DNA of 64,000 bases from an uncultured delta proteobacterium (GTDB lineage: Bacteria > Desulfobacterota > Syntrophia > Syntrophales > UBA2185), in the NCBI GenBank assembly GCA_963695875.1, contig CAVOID010000007.1, positions 64,001 through 128,000 of the forward strand, given 5' to 3'. Position 1 is the stretch's first letter; each line of letters opens with the position of its first letter. The translations under genes were made by a program, and so were the position numbers. The notes below the pieces were generated by a model. The model saw only the letters and a program-made list of their open reading frames with translations, searched no databases and had not been told where the DNA came from. Shown here piece by piece: positions 1 through 10,164 of this stretch.

Positions 1-171
1 ACCGAGATCATGAGGGCGGAGGCGCTCCGCGAAAGCGAGATAAAATATCACGGCCTGTACGAAACCACCCAAGAGGGAATTTTGATGACCGATATGGAAG
101 GCCATATTCTTGAATGCAACCGTGCTTATCTGGATATGCTGGGCTATACTGAAACATTTGTTATCATATAA
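1..171 (+). CDS. 3' end of a PAS-containing protein, apparently truncated within the PAS domain
   Basis: Frame 1 reads ...EALRESEIKYHGLYETTQEGILMTDMEGHILECNRAYLDMLGYTETFVII*, a typical PAS S-box start that stops early. Confidence 0.6.
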   Translation, partial: TEIMRAEALRESEIKYHGLYETTQEGILMTDMEGHILECNRAYLDMLGYTETFVII

Positions 172-192
172 AAAGCTTCTGAGGAAGATACT

Positions 193-675
193 GTGACAGA
201 AACTGCCATCAAGAAATTATATGTGGACAAAGACGGGATGGTGACTTTCGTTTGTCCAAAGTGCGGTGAGTCACGAAAAGAATCTGTGGTGCAGTATAAA
301 GATCAGACAGGTACTATAAAAGTTGAATGCAAGTGTACGAATGTCTGTGAGGTACAGCTTGAATTCAGAAAATCCTTTAGAAAAGAAACATCTCTCGATG
401 GCTTATACTTCAGAACCTCTCATCCGGGTGATTGGGGAAAAATGACCGTAAGGGATCTGTCCTTGGGGGGGTGCAGGTTCGAAACGCTGACGGCGCACTT
501 GTTAGACCGGGGAGAAGAAATAAAACTCGAATTTGTACTTGATGATGTCAGACGCTCCAATATCAGAAAAAAGGCTGTTGTCTTCGACATAGATGGACGT
601 AACGTCGGCTGCAAATTTTCCGATCCTCCAGGCAGCATTGATACGGAACTTGGCTTCTACCTGAGGAAGCGTTAA
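193..675 (+). CDS. PilZ domain protein with N-terminal Zn-ribbon
   Basis: CPKC...CKC ribbon; PilZ motifs RKSFR (RxxxR) and DLSLGG (DxSxxG). Confidence 0.85.
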   Translation: MTETAIKKLYVDKDGMVTFVCPKCGESRKESVVQYKDQTGTIKVECKCTNVCEVQLEFRKSFRKETSLDGLYFRTSHPGDWGKMTVRDLSLGGCRFETLTAHLLDRGEEIKLEFVLDDVRRSNIRKKAVVFDIDGRNVGCKFSDPPGSIDTELGFYLRKR

Positions 676-856
676 CCAGATTCAAACATTTCTTCGATAT
701 TCTTTTGGGGATTCTTGCCGCAACGGCCATCCCAAAGTATCTTGATATGGGAAAAGATGCAGTAGAAAAAAAGCGGGAGGGGCTGTAACGGAGCTGAACT
801 ACAGGGAAAGAATGAAACTGTTGTAGCGGAAGATAAGGGAAAAGGAGTGAAAGCAT

Positions 857-1201
857 ATGTTACTCTCGACAAAGATCCTGATTCACGACGATAGGCCAGA
901 CACACCGGAATTCTTGTTGGAGGTCATAGTAAATCACGGTTATAAAGCAGGCTTTGCGAAAGATGGTACTGAGATTATTGCTATGCTCTCGAACGACCAG
1001 TATGACGTTGTTCTCACCAATGGTGGATATAAAGAACTTAACGCCGACCAGGATATCAACTTAAAATCTTCTTCTGTCTTCATAATCGACATTAAAGATT
1101 CACGTAACCAGAATCAAGATAAGGATTTAAAGGCTGACTTATATTTGCCAAGACCCTTTTTAATTTCTGAACTTTGGCAGGCACTGGAAAAACTATTCTG
1201 A
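857..1201 (+). CDS. Stand-alone degenerate receiver domain
   Basis: KILIHDD...YDVVLTN...ADLYLPRPF; the phospho-acceptor Asp position is Asn and the conserved Lys is Arg. Confidence 0.7.
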   Translation: MLLSTKILIHDDRPDTPEFLLEVIVNHGYKAGFAKDGTEIIAMLSNDQYDVVLTNGGYKELNADQDINLKSSSVFIIDIKDSRNQNQDKDLKADLYLPRPFLISELWQALEKLF

Positions 1202-1251
1202 TCTTTCAGGTTGGCAAGGAACCAGTAGGTCTTAACTTGATAACACATGCC

Positions 1252-1335
1252 ATGACCCCGGAAACCACCACCATGCTTCTTCTTGGTCTTGGTTTAATTT
1301 GGGTTGCAGGAGCGAGTAGGAAGTCTAAAGGGTAA
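1252..1335 (+). pseudogene. Orphan PEP-CTERM sorting-signal remnant (27 aa)
   Basis: MTPETTTMLLLGLGLIWVAGASRKSKG* resembles VPEPxTMLLLGxGLxGLAGxRRK; no cargo domain upstream. Confidence 0.7.
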
Positions 1336-1355
1336 ACTAATTTTTAACTTTCAGC

Positions 1356-1392
1356 AGAAAGGCAGGGCAATTAACTTTGCCTTTCTTTATTT
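1356..1392 (+). terminator. Rho-independent terminator
   Basis: AGAAAGGCA...TGCCTTTCT stem followed by a T-rich tail. Confidence 0.65.
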
Positions 1393-1773
1393 AAGGAAAT
1401 AAAGATTATGGGTTGAAACATTATAAGAATAAACTGGATTGAGTAAACAACATTACAGGAAGCGATCATTTGATACATCTACCATATCTTCGCTCCAATA
1501 TAACTTTGGGAGGTAATAATTATCAGATTGAAATATGTATAATAAAAAACAGAAAGGAGCGGGCTGCGGTTAATAACCCACTCAGCAATCATATTATATT
1601 GGAGGAATATTCCCACCGCGACGATGTCTTTGGGGGGATACCCCACTTATTGAAGTAGATTGACAGAGTGGTCCCGTAGTACGCATTTTTGTGTTTAAAG
1701 TCTTCCCCATGTTTAGCCGATAAAAAAGTATTACAACTAATATGAAAAATGCCAGTAATGATGGGAGACCATT

Positions 1774-3228
1774 ATGATCGCGGACGTTCGCTTATTTACA
1801 CTTAAAATTACTTCATACCTTTATGCACTCTTAAAGTTCTTCAAGGCTGCGCTGCTGTTGATGGCGCAGAGATACCGATCTGCAAGTCTACGATTCAAGA
1901 TTGCCTTCTTTGTGGTTATTCTCCTGACAAGCACCTCTTTTATCCTCTGTATCATAACGGTCCAGATAATGAATAATTACATACTGAATGAGATTATCAA
2001 GAGGGGAGAATCAGTGGGTAAGAGTATTGCTGCTTCGGCAGGATACAGCCTTCTGTCGAAGGATCTCCTGGGCCTTGACAATCTTGTCTTTAAGGCGAAG
2101 TCATCAAATACCGACATGCCTTATGTGGCCATCGTCGATCCGGTCATGAAGACGGTTGTCCATAGTGAGACACCAATGGTCGGGGAGACCATACCAGTCG
2201 CCCAGGGTCGGCTTTTTAGAGAGGCTGCTGACGGGACCACCGTAAAAGAAGTGCCAAATCCATCGGGAACTATTTTCGAAATATCATGCCCTATAGTCTT
2301 TATGAAGAAATCACTGGGTAGTGTTATCATTGGCATGAACAGGTCCATATTGGTGGAGGCACAGAGAAAAGTCGGCAACATGATATTGATCGTCTTCGGA
2401 ATCATTGTCGTTCTCGGAATATTCGCGAGTTCGTTGCTGGCATCTTTCCTGATAAAGCCCATAAAGGAGCTCTCGGCGGGCGTGGAAGAATTAAAGTACG
2501 GAACTGCAAAAGATCCTCTCAGAATCTACTCTCAGGATGAGTTGGGGAAGCTGACACGCAACTTCAATGAAATGTCAGCATTGATAGCCGAACAGCGGGG
2601 AAAACTTACCAAGTATGCTCGTGATCTTGAAGAGGCGTACGTTTCGATAGTGAAGGTGGTAGCTGCAGCCATAGATGCGAGAGACTCCTATACCCATGGT
2701 CATTCCGCACGGGTTGCTCAGCTATCTCTCCTCATTGGCAAACAGATAGGCCTTCCCAAAGGGGATCTGGGAGATCTGGAGGTCGCGTGTCTATTTCACG
2801 ATGTGGGTAAGATAAAGACACCTGACTCTATTTTGCTCAAGCCAGGAAGGCTCAGTCCGGCTGAATACAAAGAGATGATGCACCACGTGGAGTATGGAGC
2901 ATCCATCCTTAGCTGGGCGCCATCTTTAGTCAAGTACATCCCTTCCACCCGCCACCACCATGAATGGCACAACGGCAAGGGCTATCCTGATGGGCTGGTT
3001 GGCGATAATATTCCATTGTTTGCAGCGATAATAAACTTAGCGGATGCATTTGACGCGATGACTTCAGATAGGCCTTACAGAAAGGCCCTCTCTGAAGGGG
3101 AAGCGCTGCGCGAGATTGCTCGTATGTCAGGAACACAGTTCCGTCCGGATCTTGTTGCGATCTTTCTTGAGCTTATGGAAGAGAGCCACACTCAGGATAC
3201 TCAACTTTCTGCTATGAGGAACGCCTGA
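1774..3228 (+). CDS. Membrane-anchored HAMP/HD-GYP c-di-GMP phosphodiesterase
   Basis: Two TM segments, HAMP (DELGKLTRNFNEM), HDVGK and HHEWHNGKGYPDGL; true start may be further downstream. Confidence 0.9.
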   Translation: MIADVRLFTLKITSYLYALLKFFKAALLLMAQRYRSASLRFKIAFFVVILLTSTSFILCIITVQIMNNYILNEIIKRGESVGKSIAASAGYSLLSKDLLGLDNLVFKAKSSNTDMPYVAIVDPVMKTVVHSETPMVGETIPVAQGRLFREAADGTTVKEVPNPSGTIFEISCPIVFMKKSLGSVIIGMNRSILVEAQRKVGNMILIVFGIIVVLGIFASSLLASFLIKPIKELSAGVEELKYGTAKDPLRIYSQDELGKLTRNFNEMSALIAEQRGKLTKYARDLEEAYVSIVKVVAAAIDARDSYTHGHSARVAQLSLLIGKQIGLPKGDLGDLEVACLFHDVGKIKTPDSILLKPGRLSPAEYKEMMHHVEYGASILSWAPSLVKYIPSTRHHHEWHNGKGYPDGLVGDNIPLFAAIINLADAFDAMTSDRPYRKALSEGEALREIARMSGTQFRPDLVAIFLELMEESHTQDTQLSAMRNA

Positions 3229-3794
3229 TGGATAATCTTCGCAGGCCGAAACTGCTTTTCCTCGTTCTTACACTCTTGCTCATCGTCCAGTCGTGTACAG
3301 AGATGAAAAGCCGGATATCACCAAAAAGCCCTGTTCAGACCCTGGCTCATACCAAACAGCTCATGGATGCAGGCGAGTATCAGAAGGCTATTGACTCTTA
3401 CAATGTCGAGCACCGGAAGCACCCGCAGGATCAGGCTCTGGTGAAGGAGTATGTAAAGAGCCTCGAGGATATAAAGTCGGCTGCCGACAAGGCGTCAGAT
3501 AGGGAGGACTTTGCATCCGCAGGTAGGAGTTATAATGTTCTGCTGAAAAACTATCCATGCTTCAAGGGTTTTGACAAGAAGCTTTCATTTAACAGCACCC
3601 ATCTGAATGCAAAACTTTCTCACTGCAAGAAGGCTCTTTCCCAACAGGGATTTCAGGAATATCGGAAAGGCAACCTCAGCGGGGCAATCATGTTGTGGCA
3701 GGTTCTCATTGCCATTGACCCTCATAATACAGAGATCAAAGATGCCTTAAGAACAGCTAAGTTGCAGCAGAAGAACCTACAGGAAAAAGAATAG
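3228..3794 (+). CDS. TPR-like lipoprotein
   Basis: Lipobox-like VQSC; helical TPR-like segments; start overlaps the HD-GYP stop (TGATG). Confidence 0.7.
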   Translation: MDNLRRPKLLFLVLTLLLIVQSCTEMKSRISPKSPVQTLAHTKQLMDAGEYQKAIDSYNVEHRKHPQDQALVKEYVKSLEDIKSAADKASDREDFASAGRSYNVLLKNYPCFKGFDKKLSFNSTHLNAKLSHCKKALSQQGFQEYRKGNLSGAIMLWQVLIAIDPHNTEIKDALRTAKLQQKNLQEKE

Positions 3795-3843
3795 GCTTCC
3801 ATAAAGAACTTTAGGGTAGGAAAGAAGCAAGAGCGACTTATAA

Positions 3844-5361
3844 ATGAGTGGGGAAATACATAAGCAGGATGTTAAAATGAAAGCAGGAAAATCTGATAGC
3901 AGACAGACCGAGGAATTTCGGAAGGAGGATTTATCCCGAATTCTGGTTGTTGATGATTCTCCGGAAACTTTGATGTTGCTGACAGATATTCTGACGAATA
4001 ATGGATATAATGTACTCACTGCTTCCAACGGACACACTGCGCTGAAATTAGTGGAAGCTGAGCCGCCGGAACTGGTTTTGCTCGATGCAAAGATGCCGGA
4101 TATGGATGGCTACGAGGTCTGCCATAAACTGAAATCAGCCGAACATAGCTGCCGGATTCCAGTGATATTCATCAGCGGTCTTTACGACGCCGCAAGTAAA
4201 ATTAAGGGCTTCAATGCAGGGGGTGTCGATTACATCACCAAACCGTTCCAGCTCGAGGAGGTATTAGCCCGGATTGAAACACACCTGGCTCTTAGTCATT
4301 TGCAAAGACACACGGAAGAGCAAAACATCCAACTCCAGCGAGAAATCACAGAGCGAGAGCGGGCAGAAGAGGATTTGAGGAAGCACAAAGATAACTTGGA
4401 AGAAATTGTTGCCAAGCGCACCACGGAGCTTAGTGTTATCAACGCGGAACTACAAGGGGAAATCGCCGAGCGCAAACAGATGGAGAAAGCACTACAAGAT
4501 AGTGAGGAACTCTATAGAACACTGGCTGAAAGATCCTTGGCCGGCGTTTATGTAGTTCAGGATGGCATATTCCGTTTCATCAATTCCAACGCAGCATCCT
4601 ATGCGGGCTATAGAAGGGAAGAGTTACTGAATCAAAAAGTGGATCAGGTGGTACACCCGCAGGATAGAGAAAAGGTTAGGAAGGATGCCAGAGCAATGCT
4701 TCGCGGTGACCTGATTACGCCTTATGAATTCAGGGTCATAACGAAACAAGGGCAAACCCGTTGGATAATGGAAACCGTCACATATATTTCTTACGAGGGG
4801 AAACGTGCTATTTTAGGAAATTCTATGAATATCACGGACCGTAAACAAATGGAGGAACAGATCTTTGCCATCTCGATGACAGATCAACTTACAGGACTGC
4901 ACAATAGAAGAGGTTTTTTGACCCTTGCCGAGCAGCATTTGAAATTGTCAAGTAGGACGAAGATGGGAATGCTGCTCTTCTTTGCCGACCTCGATGGGAT
5001 GAAATGGATTAACGATACGCTGGGCCATGAAGAAGGTGACAAGGCACTTATTGACGTGTCTGTAATGCTCAAAGAGACCTTCAGAGCCTCCGACATTATT
5101 GCCCGCGTCGGTGGGGACGAATTTGCGATTCTCACGATAGATACAACCGGAATATCTCCGGAGATTATCATGACACGATTGCAAGATCAGATTGATAAGC
5201 ATGACAGCGAAAAAGGCCGCTATTACAAAATCTCAATGAGCATGGGCACGGCATACTATGATCCTGATAATCCCTGCTCTCTTGATGAGCTTATGTCTCG
5301 TGCGGATAAATTAATGTATGATCAGAAGAGAAGTAAAAGTCCAAGCAGGCACACCGGATGA
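3844..5361 (+). CDS. REC-PAS-GGDEF diguanylate cyclase
   Basis: RILVVDD/LLDAKMP/KPF receiver, PAS domain, intact GGDEF with RASD I-site. Confidence 0.93.
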   Translation: MSGEIHKQDVKMKAGKSDSRQTEEFRKEDLSRILVVDDSPETLMLLTDILTNNGYNVLTASNGHTALKLVEAEPPELVLLDAKMPDMDGYEVCHKLKSAEHSCRIPVIFISGLYDAASKIKGFNAGGVDYITKPFQLEEVLARIETHLALSHLQRHTEEQNIQLQREITERERAEEDLRKHKDNLEEIVAKRTTELSVINAELQGEIAERKQMEKALQDSEELYRTLAERSLAGVYVVQDGIFRFINSNAASYAGYRREELLNQKVDQVVHPQDREKVRKDARAMLRGDLITPYEFRVITKQGQTRWIMETVTYISYEGKRAILGNSMNITDRKQMEEQIFAISMTDQLTGLHNRRGFLTLAEQHLKLSSRTKMGMLLFFADLDGMKWINDTLGHEEGDKALIDVSVMLKETFRASDIIARVGGDEFAILTIDTTGISPEIIMTRLQDQIDKHDSEKGRYYKISMSMGTAYYDPDNPCSLDELMSRADKLMYDQKRSKSPSRHTG

Positions 5362-5981
5362 AGCGGATTAAAATTATAGAACTTACCACCAGATTTCTCT
5401 AATCTTCTCTCCATTTTCTCATTGTTTGATAAGAACTTCCTTTTTCCTGGGGGAAGTATAAGACTAGCGGCCTTGTGTGTCAGTGCAATGCTGCCCATTG
5501 ATTACCAACTTGAAAGGATGCACATCTGTCAAAATTACCTGATGCTCTGTTACAGAAAGGAATATTTCATCCCTGCTGCCAAGAATACCTCGCCACACCA
5601 TAAAATGATTCTCCAACTATCGAATAAAACCCTGTTCCGTTGATGCAGCGATAGAGAAAAGCAATGACGCAGCAAACTCTACTTAGCCAGAACGACATGA
5701 GAGTCATGTTTTCAATGCCTTTTTGATATCTGAATTATGAGGGTTAATGGTAAGGAGCTCCTGCCACTGCATGATCGCCCCGCGCCATCCAAGGTGGCTG
5801 GGCTAAAAGCTCCCCTCTCTCTACCCCTCGATGGATAATTCAAAACTCGGGAGTGTACTTTTAATTCGTAAATAACGCGCATTTTTTTCGAGTTGATTTT
5901 TTTTAAAATTTTGCATAAAATTTAACGAGACTGGAGAACGAAGATTAAATATCTGAGAGCAATCCGGCGAGGGGTGATATT

Positions 5982-8198
5982 ATGAAAATAAAACCCAAAA
6001 CAAACCTCCAAACAAAGCAGAAATCTCTCCTTGAGGTGGAAGAGCTTCGGACGAGGCTTGATACCACGGAGCGGCGCTTACGGGAGGCTAGCGAAATATT
6101 GCAGGCTCAAATCGCCGAGCGCGAGCGAGCAGAGGAAACCTTTGAGAAAGCTCAAAAATACACTGAGAGCATCGTGGAAACAATACGTGAACCCCTTTTG
6201 GTGCTGGCTTCAGACCTGAGGGTTCTCTCGGCCAACCGTAGTTTTTATGAATCATTCAAAGTAACGCCGAAGGAAACGGTAGGCAATCTTATCTATGACC
6301 TCGGAAACCGGCAATGGGATATTCCCAGGCTTCGGACGTTGCTTGAAGAGATCCTTCCCAAAGACAACAAGTTCGATAACTATGAAGTTGAACATGTATT
6401 TTCAAGCATCGGGCACAAAATAATGCTGCTCAATGCCCGCCGTATCATTCAAACAGAAATCGGTTCTCAGATGATCCTCCTGGCCATCGAGGACATCACC
6501 GAACGCAGGGAGATAGAAAATGGTCTGGAAAAAGCCCGCAAAGAACTGGACGCAACTAAAATATCCGAAGATGAAGCCCGCGAATACGCCGAGAGCATCA
6601 TCAACACCGTACGTGAACCCTTAATCGCTCTGGATCAAGATTTAAGGGTGGTCACCGTCAGCCGCTCCTTCTATGAAGTCTTTAAGGTAAACCCTGAAGA
6701 GACCGTGGGACAGCTTATTTATGACCTGGGCAATAAACAGTGGGATATCCCCAAGCTGCGGGAACTGCTGGAAACCATCCTTCCCCAAAAGGCAACCTTT
6801 GATAACTATGAGGTTGAACACGATTTTGCCACCATTGGCAGGCGCATCATGCTTTTGAATGCCCGGCAGATTCAAAGAGTGTTGGGAAAAGAACGGATCA
6901 TCCTCCTGGCCATCGAGGACATCACCGAGCGCAGGGAGATAGAAAATGGTCTGGAAAAAGCCCGCAAAGAACTGGAAGCAACTAAAATATCCGAAGATGA
7001 AGCCCGCGAATACGCCGAGAGCATCATCAACACCGTGCGTGAACCCTTAATCGCTCTGGATCAAGATTTAAGGGTGGTCACCGCCAGCCGCTCCTTCTAT
7101 GAAGTCTTTAAGGTAAACCCCGAAGAGACCGTGGGACAGCTTATCTATGACCTGGGCAATAAACAGTGGGATATCCCCAAGCTGCGGGAACTGCTGGAAA
7201 CCATCCTTCCCCAAAAGGCAACCTTTGATAACTATGAGGTTGAACACGATTTTGCTACCATTGGCAGGCGCATCATGCTTTTGAATGCCCGGCAGATTCA
7301 AAGAGTGTTGGGAAAAGAACGGATCATCCTCCTGGCCATCGAGGACATCACCGAGCGCAGGCGACTGGAAATCTTATTATCGGAGTCTGAAGAACGCTAC
7401 AGGCGCCTTTTTGAGACCGCAAACGACGGGATATTGCTTCTCGAAAAACGCGAAGGGAATATAACCCATGCTAATCCAGCCGTCACGGCGATGTTGGGCT
7501 ATTCCAAAGAGGAGTGCATCGGGAAAAAGCTTCAGGATATCGGTTTCTCGCATGATATGGGTGATTTTCAAGAGATAATGCATACATTGGACAGGAGCGG
7601 CATTATTTATTACGATGATGTTCCGATAAAAACCAAGGTCGGGCAAACTTTTTATGTTGATATATATCTGGTCGACAGGGCAAGGTTAGTCCAATGTAAT
7701 ATCCGCGACATCACCGAGCGCAAGCAGGCAGAAGAGGCTTTGAGGAAAAGTGAGAGGGAATTGAAGTCAAAAACTGAAAACCTTGAAGAAGTCAATTCGG
7801 CATTGAACGTATTACTGAAACGTGTGGAGGAAGGAAGAATAGAACTTGAGGAAAAGATTTTGTCTAATATCAGGGAACTTGTTTTACCCTACATTGATAG
7901 ATTGAAGAAGACACAACTATCCGATCATCAAGCCTCTTGCTTAATTGTTATTGAAACAAATCTTGACAATATCGCCTCTTCCTTCCTCTATCATTTGAAA
8001 ATGAGATATTTAAATCTTACTCACAGGGAGGTTCAGGTTGCTTCTCTTGTTAAGGAAGGGAAATCCACTAAAGAGATCGGCGAGTTGTTAAATATAGCTA
8101 TAAAAACTGTGGTATTCCATAGAAATAGTCTTAGAAATAAACTTGGTTTAAAGAATCAAAAAGCCAACCTTCGAGCCCACCTATTAACCTTCACATAA
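5982..8198 (+). CDS. Multi-PAS LuxR-family one-component regulator
   Basis: Four PAS-like domains; C-terminal LTHREVQVASLVKEGKSTKEIGELLNIAIKTVVFHRNSLRNKLG helix-turn-helix. Confidence 0.9.
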   Translation: MKIKPKTNLQTKQKSLLEVEELRTRLDTTERRLREASEILQAQIAERERAEETFEKAQKYTESIVETIREPLLVLASDLRVLSANRSFYESFKVTPKETVGNLIYDLGNRQWDIPRLRTLLEEILPKDNKFDNYEVEHVFSSIGHKIMLLNARRIIQTEIGSQMILLAIEDITERREIENGLEKARKELDATKISEDEAREYAESIINTVREPLIALDQDLRVVTVSRSFYEVFKVNPEETVGQLIYDLGNKQWDIPKLRELLETILPQKATFDNYEVEHDFATIGRRIMLLNARQIQRVLGKERIILLAIEDITERREIENGLEKARKELEATKISEDEAREYAESIINTVREPLIALDQDLRVVTASRSFYEVFKVNPEETVGQLIYDLGNKQWDIPKLRELLETILPQKATFDNYEVEHDFATIGRRIMLLNARQIQRVLGKERIILLAIEDITERRRLEILLSESEERYRRLFETANDGILLLEKREGNITHANPAVTAMLGYSKEECIGKKLQDIGFSHDMGDFQEIMHTLDRSGIIYYDDVPIKTKVGQTFYVDIYLVDRARLVQCNIRDITERKQAEEALRKSERELKSKTENLEEVNSALNVLLKRVEEGRIELEEKILSNIRELVLPYIDRLKKTQLSDHQASCLIVIETNLDNIASSFLYHLKMRYLNLTHREVQVASLVKEGKSTKEIGELLNIAIKTVVFHRNSLRNKLGLKNQKANLRAHLLTFT
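6475..7360 (+). repeat. 426-bp in-frame tandem duplication of one coil+PAS module
   Basis: TCCTCCTGGCCATCGAGGACATCACCGA at ~6475, ~6901 and ~7327; the two units are near-identical. Confidence 0.93.
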
Positions 8199-8203
8199 GA
8201 TCA

Positions 8204-8234
8204 AATTATTACCTGAATTAACCTGGTAATAATT
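8204..8234. promoter_or_regulatory. AT-rich inverted repeat (operator or weak terminator)
   Basis: AATTATTACC-N11-GGTAATAATT directly after the LuxR stop codon. Confidence 0.4.
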
Positions 8235-8409
8235 AGGCATTGCATTTACCAAAATTTAACCGGACATTTATATAAAATATTTTTACGTCAAAAGAACTGA
8301 AAGCATGAATATCTTTCTTGGCAAGCTAATACGTTTATGCATTTCGGGGTACTCGTTTCATTTTATCATACGTCTTTGTAATGAAACCTAAAGATCTTAG
8401 GCCGATCAG

Positions 8410-10065
8410 ATGATAAGTGATATTATGAAAATAAAACCCAAAACACACCCAAAAACAAAGCAGCAACTTCTCCTTGAGGTGGAAGAACTTCGGACGAGGT
8501 TTGATGCCACGGAGCGGCGCTTACAGGAGGCTAGCGAAATATTGCAGGCTCAAATCGCCGAGCGCAAGCGAGCAGAGGAAACCTATGAGAAAGCTCAAGA
8601 ATACACTGAGAGCATCGTGGAGACAATACGTGAACCGCTTATTGTGCTTACCCCCGACCTGAAAGTCATCTCAGCGAATCGTTCCTTTTATGAAACCTTC
8701 CAAGTGGCGCCTGAAGAGACTGAGGGAAGATTTATCTTTGACGTAGGCAACCACCAGTGGGATATTCCTGCATTGCGAGAGCTGTTAGAGGAAATTATCC
8801 CCCAAAATACCCACTTTAATAATTTCGAGGTCGATCACACGTTCCCACGAATTGGGCGAAAAAGGGTGCTTCTCAACGCTCGTCGGGTCTATTGGGAAGA
8901 TAAAGGCACGGATAGGATACTCCTCGTTTTTGAGGACATCACCGACCAAAGGCAGACGATGGAGGCGCTTAAAAGTTCTGAAACGCGATACCGACGCCTC
9001 TTTGAAACAGCCCAAGATGGAATATTAATCCTCGATGCCGAAACAGGACAAATATCGGATGTGAACCCGTTCTTGGTAGAAATGTTGGGTTATTTGCATG
9101 GGGACTTTTTAGGGAAAAAACTCTGGGAAATTGGAGCCTTTAAAGATATTGAAGCATCGAAGGTCGCCTTTTTGGAATTGCAGAGTAAAGGATATGTCCG
9201 CTACAATGATCTACCGCTTGAGACAAAAGATGGACGGCACATCAATGTTGAATTTGTCAGTAATGTTTATCTTGTTAATCATCATAAAGTGATTCAGTGT
9301 AATATCCGCGATATCACGAAGCGCAAGCAGGCCGAAGAGGAGCTAAAAAAACGCACAGCACAGCTTGAAGCAGCCAACAAAGAACTGGAGAGCTTCAGTT
9401 ATTCCGTCTCTCATGACCTGCGCGTGCCGCTCCGCGCCATTGACGGCTTTTCACGCATGATCCTCAAAAAACAGGGGGATAACTTTGACGAAGACACACT
9501 CTCTAAATTTAATTTAATCAGATCGAGCGCGCATATGATGGGCCATCTCATCGACGACCTCCTCGCCTTCTCCCGCCTGGGCAGGAAGCAAATATCTATG
9601 GCGAAGATAGACATGGATCAACTTGTCAGGGACGTATGGAAGGAACTGCAAGCCATCAACCCGGACAGGAACATGGAACTGACGTTAAACGGCGTTCTAC
9701 CTGGATATGGAGACGGGGCACTTATTAAACAAGTGTATTTCAACCTTCTTTACAACGCCGTCAAATTCACGAAACATAGGGATGCCGCCTATATTGAAAC
9801 CGGAGGTTACACCGAGGGAAACGAGGACGTATATTATGTTAAGGACAACGGTGTCGGCTTTGACATGGCGTACTATGATAAACTGTTCGGAGTTTTTCAA
9901 CGTCTTCGCAACGCCGATGATTTCGAAGGCACCGGTGTCGGCCTGGCAATTGTCCAGCGCATCATCCACAGGCATGGCGGGCGGTTATGGGCGGAAGGAA
10001 AAGTAAATGAGGGCGCGACATTCTATTTCACGCTACCCCATTACGGAGATAGATTAATCGCATAG
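8410..10065 (+). CDS. PAS sensor histidine kinase
   Basis: FSYSVSHDLR H-box, NLLYNAVKF, DNGVGF, GTGVGLA; two PAS domains. Confidence 0.93.
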   Translation: MISDIMKIKPKTHPKTKQQLLLEVEELRTRFDATERRLQEASEILQAQIAERKRAEETYEKAQEYTESIVETIREPLIVLTPDLKVISANRSFYETFQVAPEETEGRFIFDVGNHQWDIPALRELLEEIIPQNTHFNNFEVDHTFPRIGRKRVLLNARRVYWEDKGTDRILLVFEDITDQRQTMEALKSSETRYRRLFETAQDGILILDAETGQISDVNPFLVEMLGYLHGDFLGKKLWEIGAFKDIEASKVAFLELQSKGYVRYNDLPLETKDGRHINVEFVSNVYLVNHHKVIQCNIRDITKRKQAEEELKKRTAQLEAANKELESFSYSVSHDLRVPLRAIDGFSRMILKKQGDNFDEDTLSKFNLIRSSAHMMGHLIDDLLAFSRLGRKQISMAKIDMDQLVRDVWKELQAINPDRNMELTLNGVLPGYGDGALIKQVYFNLLYNAVKFTKHRDAAYIETGGYTEGNEDVYYVKDNGVGFDMAYYDKLFGVFQRLRNADDFEGTGVGLAIVQRIIHRHGGRLWAEGKVNEGATFYFTLPHYGDRLIA

Positions 10066-10164
10066 GAGAAATCACGCGATTATTCTGAGCATTTCTTTTG
10101 GAAATATTCGCTTATGAATATTAATAATAGTATTAAGAAAAATTCAGGGAAAGGAGTAAGGATT

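Noticed and set aside
1400..1770. c-di-GMP riboswitch upstream of HD-GYP, and the ORF at 1470..1658
   Set aside because: No GEMM-type consensus seen; the ORF has a weak start and no recognisable motif
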